From Octopus bimaculoides (lineage: Eukaryota), in assembly GCF_001194135.2 (NCBI RefSeq), contig NC_068988.1, forward strand, positions 84,593,966-84,657,965: a stretch of DNA of 64,000 bases, written 5' to 3'. This document shows, piece after piece, positions 24,561-36,624 of the stretch. Positions within the stretch are counted from its first letter, which is position 1, and every line of letters starts with the position of its first letter. Under the pieces are notes generated by a model that worked only from the letters and a program-made list of their open reading frames with translations, was not told the origin of the DNA and did not search any database. Made by a program: the position numbers and the translations under genes.

Positions 24561-26525
24561 TACTAAAACCCAATTCTGGAGATTAACTCATCACTTCTAA
24601 AATATGGTGTCAGTGAATGACTTCAGATTTCATTAATTTAATCTTTGCTAAATATATTAACAAAATAAGACTGAAAAATCTAATTCCATAGCTATTCTTG
24701 AAAAGTTTTACAGAGGTGGCAAATATGTACATTACCTTTGTTATTATTACTTTGCTGACCTTTATTCCTTGCCCTAGTTTTTGTCTAATGAAATAAAAGT
24801 GTCTGCTGTTTTCACTTCTTATGGAAAGGTTGTATTCCATTGGTCAGGCTGTTCATTTACTTTCAACACTTTCTGTGTAGAGTGCTCAGTATGTCTTGGT
24901 TGGTGATGCACAGACATGCACTGAAGATGTGGTATTTACAAAGATGTGTAAATTATCTTTGTAAATGGACAGTGAGCAGGTGTGCTCACTTTTTAATCAG
25001 ATGTGTTTTCCCCACTGCTTGTCTCTTTGCCAGAAATGCAGTACTGGGTCAAGCATACAAAAAACACACAAAAAAAATAAATAAATAAATGAATAAAAAT
25101 AAGAGGTGGGGGAGACTAAGTACATGACATCTAGAATATTGTCAGGCACTCACTGCTCTTAGCCAGTTAGCCAATGTGGTTGATGGAACTTCCTTGTTAG
25201 TGTTTGATAGAGGACTAGTGATAGGTAGAAGTGAAGATATTCTTGAGGAAACTCTCAGCTATAATGAGCTATAAACTCTCAGCTAGCTGGTCTATTCTGG
25301 AAAAATTTTATCCTAAGGACTATGGGTAATTTCTTGACAACACTGACCTGGCAATGTTACCAGGATGGAATGGAGGCACTGCTTGTTCAAGACCCACTCT
25401 ACGGAGGCACAGAAGTACTGCTAACCAAGTCTGTTTGTGATGAGTGATGAAACTGTTTTGCTTGCATGTGAGAAAGGAAACTCAAGAAACTTGAAATAAA
25501 TGAACAGAAACATGCTGAAAAACAACAACAACAACATGAGCAACATCATCAGCATTATTTAGCATCCATGTTCCATACTAGCTGGGCTAGGCAGTTTGAC
25601 AGGATCGAATGGGCCCTAGAACTACATGTGCTCCTCTGTCTATTTTGGCATGGTTTCTGTAGTGGAATGCTCTTTTTAATGCCAACCTCTTTGCAGCATG
25701 TATTGGATGTTGTTGTTTTGTGTACTACTAGTGCTAATTAAGTTGCCATGCAGCTTGCAAGACTCTGAATCCTGAGAGAGAGAGGCAGGTTTATGCATGA
25801 GATGAGAGGTTAAAGCATGATATAAGGAGTCAGAGCAGAACAGGTTTCTTGTTGTAAGAGACTACATAGCTACTCATGTTTTAGAAGAGAAGGAATGGTG
25901 ACTGGGATGGAACGGGGAAAAGATAAAATAGTGGTGATGTGGTGTCTCTGTGGATCCTTGAAGTTATGAGGTGAGTAGAAATGAGTGGTGGCAGAAGAAC
26001 TGGGAGTGTGGGAAGTTAGAGGTTGCAAGGAATATAGGGGAGTGAGTGTTATATGTAAGGAATATAGGGGAGTGAGGGAATGGGAGAAGAGGTGAATATA
26101 ATGAATGAAGAACAAATGTTGAATGGATGAGAAGTAGAGGAGGTAGCAAAAGGAGGTGGAAACTATGGAGATTGGACAAGGTTCAGTGGTGGATGTAGTG
26201 AATGATGGATAAGGAGTTGTAGGATCACCAATGGTGAATGGTAGTGAAGAGTGGTAGAATAATAATGATGATAGTGGGGGAGGGGGAGAATGAGACAGAC
26301 AGACAGACAGAGATATTGATGACGATGAGTGATTTGAGGTAGGTTGTGAGTAGGAAGAGAAGGAAGTGGAAGAAGTGGTTGATGCTAATATTTTTATTTC
26401 CTGTTTTGTCTTTCTTTTCGCTTATCCAGGTAATTGCAAGTTATTTTGAACTTTTCCCACCATATAAAGAAACAATTGTTTTTATTTTTTATATGTGCTT
26501 CACTTTTTTTTTTTTTTTTCGTCAG

Positions 26526-26743
26526 GACCTAACAAACCCATGTTGAAAGATTTCTGGAGAATGGTATGGCAGAAAAATATTTGCAAAATAGTCATGCTTA
26601 CAGATACTGTTGAAGCAAGTAAGAAGAAATGTGAAAAATATTGGCCAGATTCCGGTGTTGAAAAGTATGGCGAGATAGTTGTGGAAAATATTGATAATGC
26701 ACATTTCACAGATTATATTATTAGAACATTTAAACTTAACAGA
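26526..26743 (+). CDS. RPTP D1 exon (G)PNKPMLKDFWRMVWQKNICKIVMLTDTVEASKKKCEKYWP...IRTFKLNR
   Basis: polyT-cgtcag|...|gtaagt, 218 nt, DFWRMVWQ and KCxxYWP motifs. Confidence 0.97.
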
Positions 26744-27270
26744 GTAAGTAGCCTAGTGTGTTAACCCCTCTTCGTATCCATTATGTTTTTGACTCATCGG
26801 CAATGTTTTCATGATAATTAAAAAAGAATCAAATCAGTGGTTTGATTCTGTAATAAATCAACAATTTGATAAATTATGTAATAAACCAACTAGAATTATT
26901 TAAAAGAAAATGTTTTCAATGAATATTTGAATCTATATGATATTTACTGTAAGTTTTAACTTCACTATCTATTAGTCTTTGTGATTCTCTTAAAAATTGT
27001 TTATTTGCATGCTTGCACTTAATATGGCTCTCTTGTCAAACTATGGCAATAATCACCTTGAATTGATGTTGTTAGAGTAATAACGTGATTTGATACAATG
27101 TTACCTCATTAAATTCATCAATGCCTCTATCTGTCTGTTTTCCTCAGTACCCACCCACCCACCTGTCTATCTATCCACCAGTCTATGTATCTAATCATCT
27201 ACCAGTTATCAGTTAATTCAGCCATCCGCTGTCCTTAATAAATTCTATTCTGTTTTCTCTAATTCTACAG

Positions 27271-27419
27271 AATGAAAATACAAGGATTGTTAAACACTTT
27301 CACTTCATCACCTGGTCAGATCATGGAGCACCAATGCATCCGACCTCTTTATTAATATTCAAACGTAAAGTTAAACTTTATAACCCAAATAGTTTGGATC
27401 CAATCTTGGTCCACTGTAG
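27271..27419 (+). CDS. RPTP D1 exon NENTRIVKHFHFITWSDHGAP...DPILVHC(S)
   Basis: ctacag|...|gtgagt, 149 nt. The W-x-D loop reads WSD; contains the catalytic VHC. Confidence 0.97.
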
Positions 27420-27559
27420 GTGAGTATCTTATTTACTTTGCTCACTCAATCTTCATTAAAAAAAAAAAATTTAATCATCTTGTTTACTTTGCTTATTTAG
27501 TCCTCTTCTGAAAAAGGAAAAGAGTTAATATTTTGGTGGAGAAATCTATACCCTTTGTT

Positions 27560-28159
27560 GTGGTCATTGCTGTTTTTACTGCTGATACTTATGACTGCTC
27601 CAGCATTGGCCATGGCTTACTGGGTGAAACCAGTAAGAGTGCTTAAGTGACTGAATTGACTGGATACCAGAAGGCCAACCACAATGTACAGAAATGCAGA
27701 GAGGGACACCCTTGATAGATTAAGCTTGTGACCACTGAGCAGGTTCCACTGTACATGGCACCAATACCCTTGTGGATGACTGTTAAGTAGTGAGGTCAAC
27801 TTCATTGAAAGCTTTTGCATGATCCAAATTCATCAGACCTCACCAAAGCCAGGGTTGTTATCCACCCCTCTTATCTGCAATATATATCATCAGGTGGAAA
27901 TTGTCATGGACAGATTTACCAGGAATCATATGGGTTTGTATGTTTTTGATGGCAAGTGCCAACCTGTTGATGAGTGTCTTGGTGAAAACCTTGAACTTTG
28001 CATTCAGTAGAGTTATGCGTCTGAAATTATTAAAGATTTCCCCACTTTTTGTATCTTCTCTCTCAACAGTACTGCTATTCCCTAACTCACAGAACTTGGA
28101 ATCTTCCTGTTCTGCTTTCGGTTGCAGTAGATATGAGTGAAAACTTCACTGAACTTTCT
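27560..28159 (-). mobile_element. L1/Tx1-like LINE RT remnant, left half (split by Gypsy insertion)
   Basis: Minus strand: NNFRRITLLNAKFKVFTKTLINRLA, IPGKSVHDNFHL, NLDHAKAFNEVD. Confidence 0.75.
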
Positions 28160-28164
28160 GTCAT

Positions 28165-28413
28165 TGTTATAAACCAGTTCAAAGAAGGCTTTTATTCAAA
28201 CTTTATTTCTGCTTGCTGTCTAATCCGTTAATCACAGCTGTCCAATGATTAAGACACATTGTTTTATATCAGGTAAAGACAGTATCCATCTATCAACGTC
28301 ATTTGACACTATGCCACATTTTCATACTCAATACAAAATAAGATATCTGTGTTCTTATCCATTATTTACTATTGTAGAAAGAAATTAATGATGGGATATT
28401 AAAATTCATAACA
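28165..28413 (-). repeat. 3' LTR of Gypsy element
   Basis: Direct repeat of 31920-32168, about 27 mismatches in 249 by hand count. Preceded on the minus strand by purine-rich AGCAGGGAAAAC (PPT-like). Confidence 0.95.
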
Positions 28414-31400
28414 GTTTTCCCTGCTGAGTGGAAAGTTTGTCATGATACATTCAAAACATAGAGTCCTTTAGATAAAAAGGGGTCTTGATAATTCATCCTG
28501 ATCTCATTTTTCTCGTCTCTTTTCGTCCTTGAATAGTTGGCATTTTGTTAACCGTATTATTCTCATTCAGGTACTCTTCACAATTTTTGCTAATCTGCTC
28601 ATGTGAGATTGTGTGTCAACACCGTATCTATTTGTCTGTTTCCAAATTGTACGTGTGCAAAGTTGGAAGGAATCATCTCCAACAATTTCGCATTTTCAGC
28701 AAGTGGATCCTCCTTATTTCTGAGATGTTGACGATGCAGTATTGTGCTTCCAATATTCTGGAGGAACTCAGGAAGATTGTTTCCCCACTGTTGATGATTA
28801 TGAAAATTTAAACATTTGCTCATGTGGGGTTGTGTTGGCAACTGTACTGAGGAGTCCTTTCATGGCTGATAGTACCATGGGAAGGACTGTCAACCATTGT
28901 CCTTTATCTAGTTGTAGTGACTAAGTGCTAGATTTATGGTCTTCATGAGGGTACTGTTGGTCCTTTCACATTGGCCATTGCCTTGAGGTCCATAGAGAGA
29001 TGTTCTAGTTTTTATTGTCCCGTTACTGTGAAGGAAGTCCAGGAGCTTCTTATTATCAAATTGGGTTCCTGTGTCAGAGTGGATACAACTTGGTGATCCA
29101 AACAATGAAATTAGGTTGGGAAATTACTGTTTTGGTACTCATGTCTTTGCATGGGTATGCGAATAGGTACCTTGAGTACCCATCAACTATTACCAATAAG
29201 TAGCAGTATTGTGTGGTTGATGGCAGGGGACCAACAAAGTCGATGGACAGGTGCTCTCAAGGTCTTGATGCCTATATTAATTGGCCCATAACTGGTTTGT
29301 GGAAGTGGGGTTTGAGTTTGTTGCATGTAAAGCGAGTGTCATTTTGTGGATTTTGTTGAGGGAGAACGACAGGTTTCATACTTTACAGTAGTGAAGTAGG
29401 CAGGTCACCCCTGGGTGGCACAGTTGTTGGTGAAGGGTTATTAGTATTGTAGTGTTTCTTGTTGTTGCGCATCTTGATAGTATGTCTGCTGTTTTGAGTT
29501 CCTGCTCTATAAGAGATTGTATAATTTATGTCTGAAACGTCCAAGTGCCAGCGTATAAGTTTTTCATTTTTGATTTTTGATGTCCCTTAGTTATTGAAGA
29601 TCATCACCACCGAGCATTGGTCGGTGACGATGTTGCAGTATGGGGAAATGTATTAGGTGGCACCATTTGCAGTAACATTCTATGCTTTCCCATGCTTCTC
29701 TCTCAACAGTGGATTGGTGCTTTTCTGTTTTTGAAAGAGACCTTGAATAGAAGGCCACTGGCCTTCCTTGTTGTGATAGCGTCCCTCCCAAGGCTAGGTC
29801 GGAAGCATCTGTTTCGTTGGTAAGTGGTATTCCAGGTTGTGGAATGGCAAGTATGGCATTTACCAATGCAGTCTTTAGAGATGTGATTGCTGTTTTTGCT
29901 TCTCTGGCAGTCTTGCTTTGTTGATATTCTCTCTGGCTCTTGTAAATGGAATTGTGAGTATGGAGCACTTAGGTATCCACTTTGCATAATATGCAAAAAC
30001 GCCTATTATTTGATTTAGTTCTCTCAATGTTCTTGGTTCTGGCATATCTTGTAGAGCTTGATACCTTTTAGGGTCATGTTTTTTGGTTGAATTTCCAATA
30101 ATATGTTCAAGGAAGCTGATTTGCTTCTGAGAGAATTGACTCTTGATGGTCATTCCAGATGTTTCGGCTGCCTGGATAAATTTCCTGAGGTTATCGTCAT
30201 TTCATGATGATCTTTGCCAACTATGATGATGTCATCTAGATAAGCAAAGGTTTTTTGAAGATTGTTTCTTTTTATGAATTCATCCATGATACACTGGAAA
30301 ATTGCTGTGGCATTGATACAACCAGATGGGAGACATTTAAATTTGTACAGTCTTCCCCTGCTTTGAACACTGTCAGTTTATAGTCTATGGCTAAGAGTTC
30401 CACCGGGTGAAATGCAGCTGCCATATCTGTGTTGCTGAAAATCTTGTTTGCTGCTACTTCATTTAGAAGATCATTGATCTGGGGGTAGGGTAGGCATCCA
30501 ATTGTGTGTAGATATGTATAGTGTTCGAGTAGTCGATCACCAGTCTTTTCTTCCTTCCATTAGATGTCACGAAGCATTGAACTCACCAGGGGCTACAGCT
30601 TTTCTGAATTATGTCCTCTGAAAGTAACCTGTCTATTTCGTGCTTAATAAAATCTGTGTCTCTAGGATTGCGTCTTGAAATTGTTGTAATTGGTTTGAGC
30701 TTAGAGGTCTTAATGTCAGTAAGTAGTTCATATGTGGTGCATTTTAGGCTTGACATGGACATGCAGAATGACACAGGTTTGAATGTGCCCTTGAAGACAA
30801 TTGTAACTGCTGAGTGTTGACTGAGGATATCGATTCTGATGATGACCAGAGCTACAAGGTGGCCGGCCACAAGGAAATTAGTGTTATATGCGTTATTTCC
30901 CAGTTGTTGTTTGCTACTGAATTTGCCTTTAATTTCCAGTGCTGTGTTGTTGGCCAAGCTAACTTTTTCTGCGCAGGTATGATCATATTGTAATTCCCAA
31001 ACTGCAAGAAGATTTGCTTCTATAAATGTCCTCGTCAGAACCCATGTCAAGAAGGGCTTGTGTATTGTTGTCCTTAATTTTAATGGGTACCAGCTGTCCT
31101 GTACCATTTGTTACTGCTAAAATGATGGATGATAAGGTCCCATCACTGTTTTCCTCTGAGTTGCTCTTGGGCTCTGTGATAGCTGCTGTTTTAGGGAAGT
31201 TTTGTTTCTTGGTGGCTTTTTTGAGAGGCAGACTTTCTCCCAGTGGCCTTTCTCCTGACACCTTCTGCAAGTGGAGTTTCTCGCCAGGCATTGATTTTTT
31301 TTTTTTTTTTTTCATGGATGTCTCCACCACACCAAAAGCATGCTGATTTAGCAGCTGTAAAATGGGGTAGTTGATCGATACCAACTGAACCTTGTGATAA

Positions 31401-31919
31401 GTTGCAAGTGTCTTCAATGGCCACCTCCATGGTTTGAGCAAGCTTATTGAGTGTTTCTAAGCTGTTGTCTGATGATTCGAGAAGTCTTTGTCTGATTGAT
31501 GGTGATTGAAGCCCAGCCACAAAGGCATCACCAATTAGAATTTCTCAGTAATGATCTGCCGTTAGAGCTTGAATTTTACACTTCTTGGCTTGCCATAAAT
31601 TCTTCTATAGACTTGTTTTCTTTTTGTTTTCGAGTTCGTAGCTTATGGTGCATCATTATGTTTGAACCTTTCTTTATGAACTTTGAGTCCAGGCGTTCTA
31701 TTGCTTTTGCGAAGGTTTCAGATTCTTTGGCGATAGGTAGGTCCTTGCTCTGCAGAGGACTAAGAGTATCTCCAGTTTAAATTCATCTGGAACTTTTGCT
31801 TATGCAATGTAGATGTGTAGCATCTGTTTCCAGTAAATATAATCTTCCTCGGTTGGGTCATCTAGAAGGGTCTCCTCAAGCATTTTGGCATCTATTTAGA
31901 ATCAAGTTTGAATAAAATT

Positions 31920-32168
31920 TGTCATAAACCAGTTCATAGAAGACTTTTATTCAAACTTTATTTCTGCTTGCTGTCTAATCTGTTAATCACCGCTGTCCAA
32001 CAATTAAGATGTGTTGTCTAATATTAGGTAAAGACAGTATCCATCTATCAACGTCATTTGACACTATGCTGCATTTTCATACTCAATATAAAATAAGATA
32101 TCTATATTTTTATCTAATATTTACTATTGTAGAAAGGAATTAATGATAGGATACTATAATTAATAACA
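31920..32168 (-). repeat. 5' LTR of Gypsy element
   Basis: Direct repeat of 28165-28413; contains minus-strand AATAAA near its 3' end. Confidence 0.95.
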
Positions 32169-32173
32169 GTCAT

Positions 32174-32420
32174 GTTTACATAAAGCTCATAGGGCAGACC
32201 AACCAAACTCAGTGATATGCTCCTTTCACAATTACTCACTGTATCTCATTGCTAAGCTTCTGTTAAAAACTTTCTGCAAGGACTCTGGTGAGATTTGTGA
32301 CAGGCATCAAAGGTCACTGTGTGGTTTACTGCTTTCACTGAAGAGCTGGGAAAAGTGTTGCTGTAAAGCTGCACACTTCTGCTTGAAACCAAACAGAATG
32401 TGCCAGTCCTGATCTGTTGA
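32174..32420 (-). mobile_element. L1/Tx1-like LINE remnant, right half
   Basis: Minus strand GLPYELYVNM continues across the TSD (ATGAC) into the 28159 side (...YCNRKQNRKIPSSVS*GIAVLL). Confidence 0.7.
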
Positions 32421-32523
32421 AGTCAGAATCTTGACCAATAATAATAATAACAGCAAGAGAAATGAGATGATGGATTAAGTTTACATTTGCTAGGTATTTT
32501 TATAATTGTTGTTATTGTTTTAG

Positions 32524-32659
32524 TGCTGGCTCCGGACGTACTGGATGCTTTGTTGCCTTGGACTACTGTATGGAGCAAGCGAAGAGTGAAGGCATTGTAG
32601 ATGTTCTCGGATGTGTTCAATTGATGAGGACAAACAGAGTTAATATGATTCAGAATATT
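32524..32659 (+). CDS. RPTP D1 exon (S)AGSGRTGCFVALDYCMEQAKSEGIVDVLGCVQLMRTNRVNMIQNI
   Basis: ttttag|...|gtaagt, 136 nt. Completes the HCSAGxGRTG P-loop. Confidence 0.97.
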
Positions 32660-33954
32660 GTAAGTATTTGTTAGTGTTGCTAGCTCTTGCAAAATGTCTT
32701 TTATTTGAGGTCATATTTATGGATTACATTTTGTCCCATTTAAGAAAAAAAAAAAAAAAAGGATTAATATCTGTTTCATAGTGTGGCATTATTGCAGAAT
32801 ACAGTGAGGCTTTTGTTTACAACTTTTTTGCTATCACATTTATACATGCACAGAAAAATGAATGTTTGAATACACATGTTTTGAAGAAAAAATTTAAAGA
32901 ATAAAGAATAAGAAAACAAAATTATTGTTAAACAAAATGCTAACATTTAAAAAAATAATAACAATCTTTGTGACAATAATGACAATAATGATAAAAATAT
33001 TGGTAGTGACATTCATGCATACAACTGCAAGTGGAGGTGACTTGAATCTGGGTCAAATGCATCGTTTGTAAACATTCTACTAAATAAAAGAAACGTTTTG
33101 AAGGAAAAACTACAGCATGGAGGTATTTTGTTATTAAGCAGAGTATTTCTCTATAGCAACAAATTACATGGAAAGGCAAAAAAAAAAAAAAGACTAAAAT
33201 AGCTGGAGTTTGTAAAACTATGAAGGATTTCATTGTGTCCTCTAGGGAGCGACTGGAGATAATCTTTGTTGACATGGTGAAAGAAATGTCATTTATAGGA
33301 AGCAAAAGAAGCACAAGTTCAAATAGTTAGAAACACACCTGGCTATTAGTTTGTCTTACAGTATGTGGGATGGAGAAACACAGGTGTCACTAATCAAGAT
33401 ATTGGTGATAATGTCAACTCTTGGTTTCTGGTCACTTTTTTGATGGAGTATGGAATGTGGTCAGTGCTTACTCTCAGTGATATGTGGTTGGGTGTGATCA
33501 CAATGGACAAAGAGGCTCTCATGACTGCAGAATTACAAAAAAATCCCAGATCTGTATTCTGTAAAGAGTGCTGAGAGGTAAAAAAAAAAAGCCCAGCTAT
33601 TACACGTATATCAGTAAAAGTCATTTAAAGATTATTTTTCATCAAGAAGGTTTGAAAGGAGGAAATCAGCTACAAACTACAAGACTACTGTTCCTAGAAT
33701 ACCATGAAATACAACTCGGGTGATACTAGAGAAAATTGCTTGATCCTCATTTGCAGGACTTAAACAGGACACTGAAAAACTCTTCCCACAGCCAAAATTA
33801 ATGATAACAATGAAGTGTCAGAGAGATCAACAGAAACAACAACAGTAAGCAACACCCATTGCAGCTACATGAAGGGTCAGAGTAATTGCATTGCCCTCAA
33901 CACAAGAAGCAATTACAGAACTCTCAGCAATACTACCACATTGAATTCATCATC

Positions 33955-34250
33955 GTCATCATCATCATCATCATTTAACATCCGTTGTCCATGCTGGCAT
34001 GGGTTGGACGGTTTGACTAGAACTGGTAAGCTGGAAGGCTGCATCAGATTCCAGTCTGATTTGGCATGGGTTTCTACGGCTGGATCCCCTTCCTAATGCC
34101 AACCACTCTGAGAGTGTAATGGGTGCTTACATGTGCCACTGGCACGGATGCCATTTGCATGACACTGGTATTTGCCAAGTTTGCGATTTTGCTTGACTTG
34201 ATGGGTCTTCTCAATCACCACATAATGCCAAAGGTCTGGTCATCGCCTCT
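33955..34250 (-). mobile_element. RTE 3'-end element with (GAT)n tail
   Basis: catcatcatcatttaacatccgttgtccatgctggcatgggttggacgg...; same family as 44545-44760 and 52585-53050. Confidence 0.8.
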
Positions 34251-35406
34251 GTGAATTGTGAAGATGAAAACCAAATGCAGTTTTTACAGGAGAAAATAGA
34301 AGAACTAACCTTGTCACAAAGTTTCTGGAACTGTGTAGGTGAACTGTGAACCTTAGATCTTCAGTAAATACAGTCCTCAACAAAACAACACTGAACTGAT
34401 CAATTTAATGCATGAATTAAAGAGAAGTATATCTTAGAGTATGTGGATCAATGAAGAGTTGGGGGTTCACAGCTTGAAGCATGATGAAGACGCAATATTG
34501 GTTAAAATTATAAGAGAGGTGTAGGACACTTTTAGATGTTAATTGGGTAAAATACCTTGCAATATTTAGTTCTGGTTTTTTACATTCTAAGTAACAATCC
34601 TGCCAAGGTCAGCTTTGCCTTTCAGCCCTCTTTAATCCCTCCTTTTAAATTTCATTAAGCGAGATTGTTTTCTCTATGCTCTTGAAAGATCAAATAAAGG
34701 AGCCACTGTCTGATATCTGGACTGGCATCTAATTCATTGACCAGGTCATGGTTTATGGTCCTATCTACCTGAACTTCATGACCTAAAGTGAAACATAAGG
34801 CAAAAATTATACTTGAAATATCTGCACATAGGCCCATACCATTGTATACATACCTGTGTAATATCAAGGTTACTGCCAGGGGTATTGGCAGTAGCATTGA
34901 ACAACTTGCTTATCATCTTTGTGGCACAATACCGTGGGGTAAATGCAGAGGTGATGAGGAGTGACATGGAGCAAGCATGGACTTGTGAGTTCTTATGTCT
35001 CCTCAAGACTACAGAGCCATTGTGGATCTGTACCTTATGATTGACACAAACACATAAGCAATGGAATTAGTAGTGCAAGGCAGAAAGCCCTGCTGTTATG
35101 CTTGTGGCGTTTAGAGTTACTTGAGGGCTTTCTACTTCAAGAATGTAGAAAACCAAAGAGAGAAAGAGAAATGTTATGAATGCTAGCCATATCCTAAATG
35201 AATGAACTATAAAATGAATGTTGAAACCAAGCCTATATTATTAAAACTGTATTAATTGTGTCAATCCATAGTATTTGCCATAGCTTTGTTTTAGCTTCTA
35301 TACTTCAGCTTTTAGCTCTATCAAACAAAACTTCCTACATCTTGATCATGCTATGTAAATACCAACACACTTTATTCTATCTCTTTTTTTCATTTTCTCT
35401 CTTCAG

Positions 35407-35556
35407 GACCAGTACATATTTGTGTATGATGCTTTGTTAGAAGCCACTATGGCTGGTGAAACTACCATTCCAAGATCAATGTTTAATGAGACCTACCAGA
35501 AATGGTGTCTTCCAAATAAAGATTCATTTTTGAGTAATATAGAGGATCAATTTAAA
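35407..35556 (+). CDS. RPTP D1 end/linker exon DQYIFVYDALLEATMAGETTIPRS...IEDQFK
   Basis: cttcag|...|gtaagc, 150 nt, QYIF Q-loop. Confidence 0.97.
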
Positions 35557-36393
35557 GTAAGCTATCATGAAAACTTGCTATTTTTGGTGTTTTGTTTGTT
35601 CTATTAGTGATGAATGTCAAAAAAACATTTTAATGTATTTAATGAAAGTTTCATTATCCACCCACACTCATCATACCTGTACTATTATAAGTTGAAGATA
35701 GAATTCAAGCTTAAAATTTTCAAGCCTATATTTCTAAGCAATAAAATTAATTTTGCAACATGATTAATCTTCAAAGTTCATTGTCTTTGCATCTAGATTA
35801 ATTTCGAACCCGGATAACTTTGAAACAAAAATCATGAAATAAGATTTTCTTGTGTCAAATCTCATGTTCTCATAACCATATTTCAAAATATGACTATGTT
35901 CCAATTTAAGAGACATATACTAAGCTACTGGAACATATTATCATATTTCTAATTAGCACATACTGCTTATGTGTTTCAACTTAATTTCTAAAATAATCTG
36001 GAATTTGCAAAGATGAGTGGAAGTTAATATAAGTAACTTTTCTTGTTTTTTGGCTATATGAATCTGGTGTTTGAAATACAGCTTCATGTTTTTATATAAA
36101 ACTGGTAGATTATTTACCTAGTGAAATCTCAACTTGCCATTTCTATAACAATGCAAATATGATCTACATTGAGCACTTTAACATGAGAGGTCATAGACGG
36201 CTTGAGAACAAAGAACAGTCTCTCTAGTAAATTGGAAATGAATACTGAAGATTTTCTCAGTTTTCACTGGTTCAGTCCTCAACAGTAAATAGGTACTATT
36301 GATGCATGTTTCAAGAAGAGGTTAGGGTGGAGTGAGGATGGGGTTCTTAAATATTTAAATCCTTTCAAAATTCTGTTTCTTCTCTAATTTCAG

Positions 36394-36493
36394 GTATTAT
36401 ATCAACTGTGTCAACCAGTTCCTCGAGATGAATACCGTGCAGCTCTTGAAAGTGAAAATCTCTCTAAAAATAGGTTTAAGAATATATTGCCAG
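36394..36493 (+). CDS. RPTP D2 exon VLYQLCQPVPRDEYRAALESENLSKNRFKNILP(A)
   Basis: tttcag|...|gtgaga, 100 nt, KNRF motif. Confidence 0.96.
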
Positions 36494-36624
36494 GTGAGAT
36501 TCTGTTTACATTAGGCTGTGTTTAATAATAAACTCAGTCAAGACTTCAAAGTGTCCAAGAAGGGAGAGTCAAAGGGAAGCAGGGAGCTATGAAATTATTT
36601 CCTTTTGAAGAAAATGATTTCAAA

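Larger units (their letters stand above)
28165..32168 (-). mobile_element. Full-length decayed Ty3/Gypsy LTR retrotransposon (4004 bp)
   Basis: Two 249-bp TGT...ACA LTRs and a 5-bp TSD GTCAT (28160-28164 and 32169-32173). Fragmented gag (IRQRLLES, CFWCGG), protease (LLDMGS), RT (SPW, AYLDD), RNase H (TDASD..RPVAFYSR) and integrase (IHSDTGTQF, PQGNGQCER) in PR-RT-RH-IN order. Confidence 0.96.

Noticed and set aside
26619-26624. Cryptic donor GTAAG inside the 218-nt exon near the ancestral intron position
   Set aside because: Use would end in phase 1 while the next exon needs phase 0, causing a frameshift and loss of KCEKYWP.
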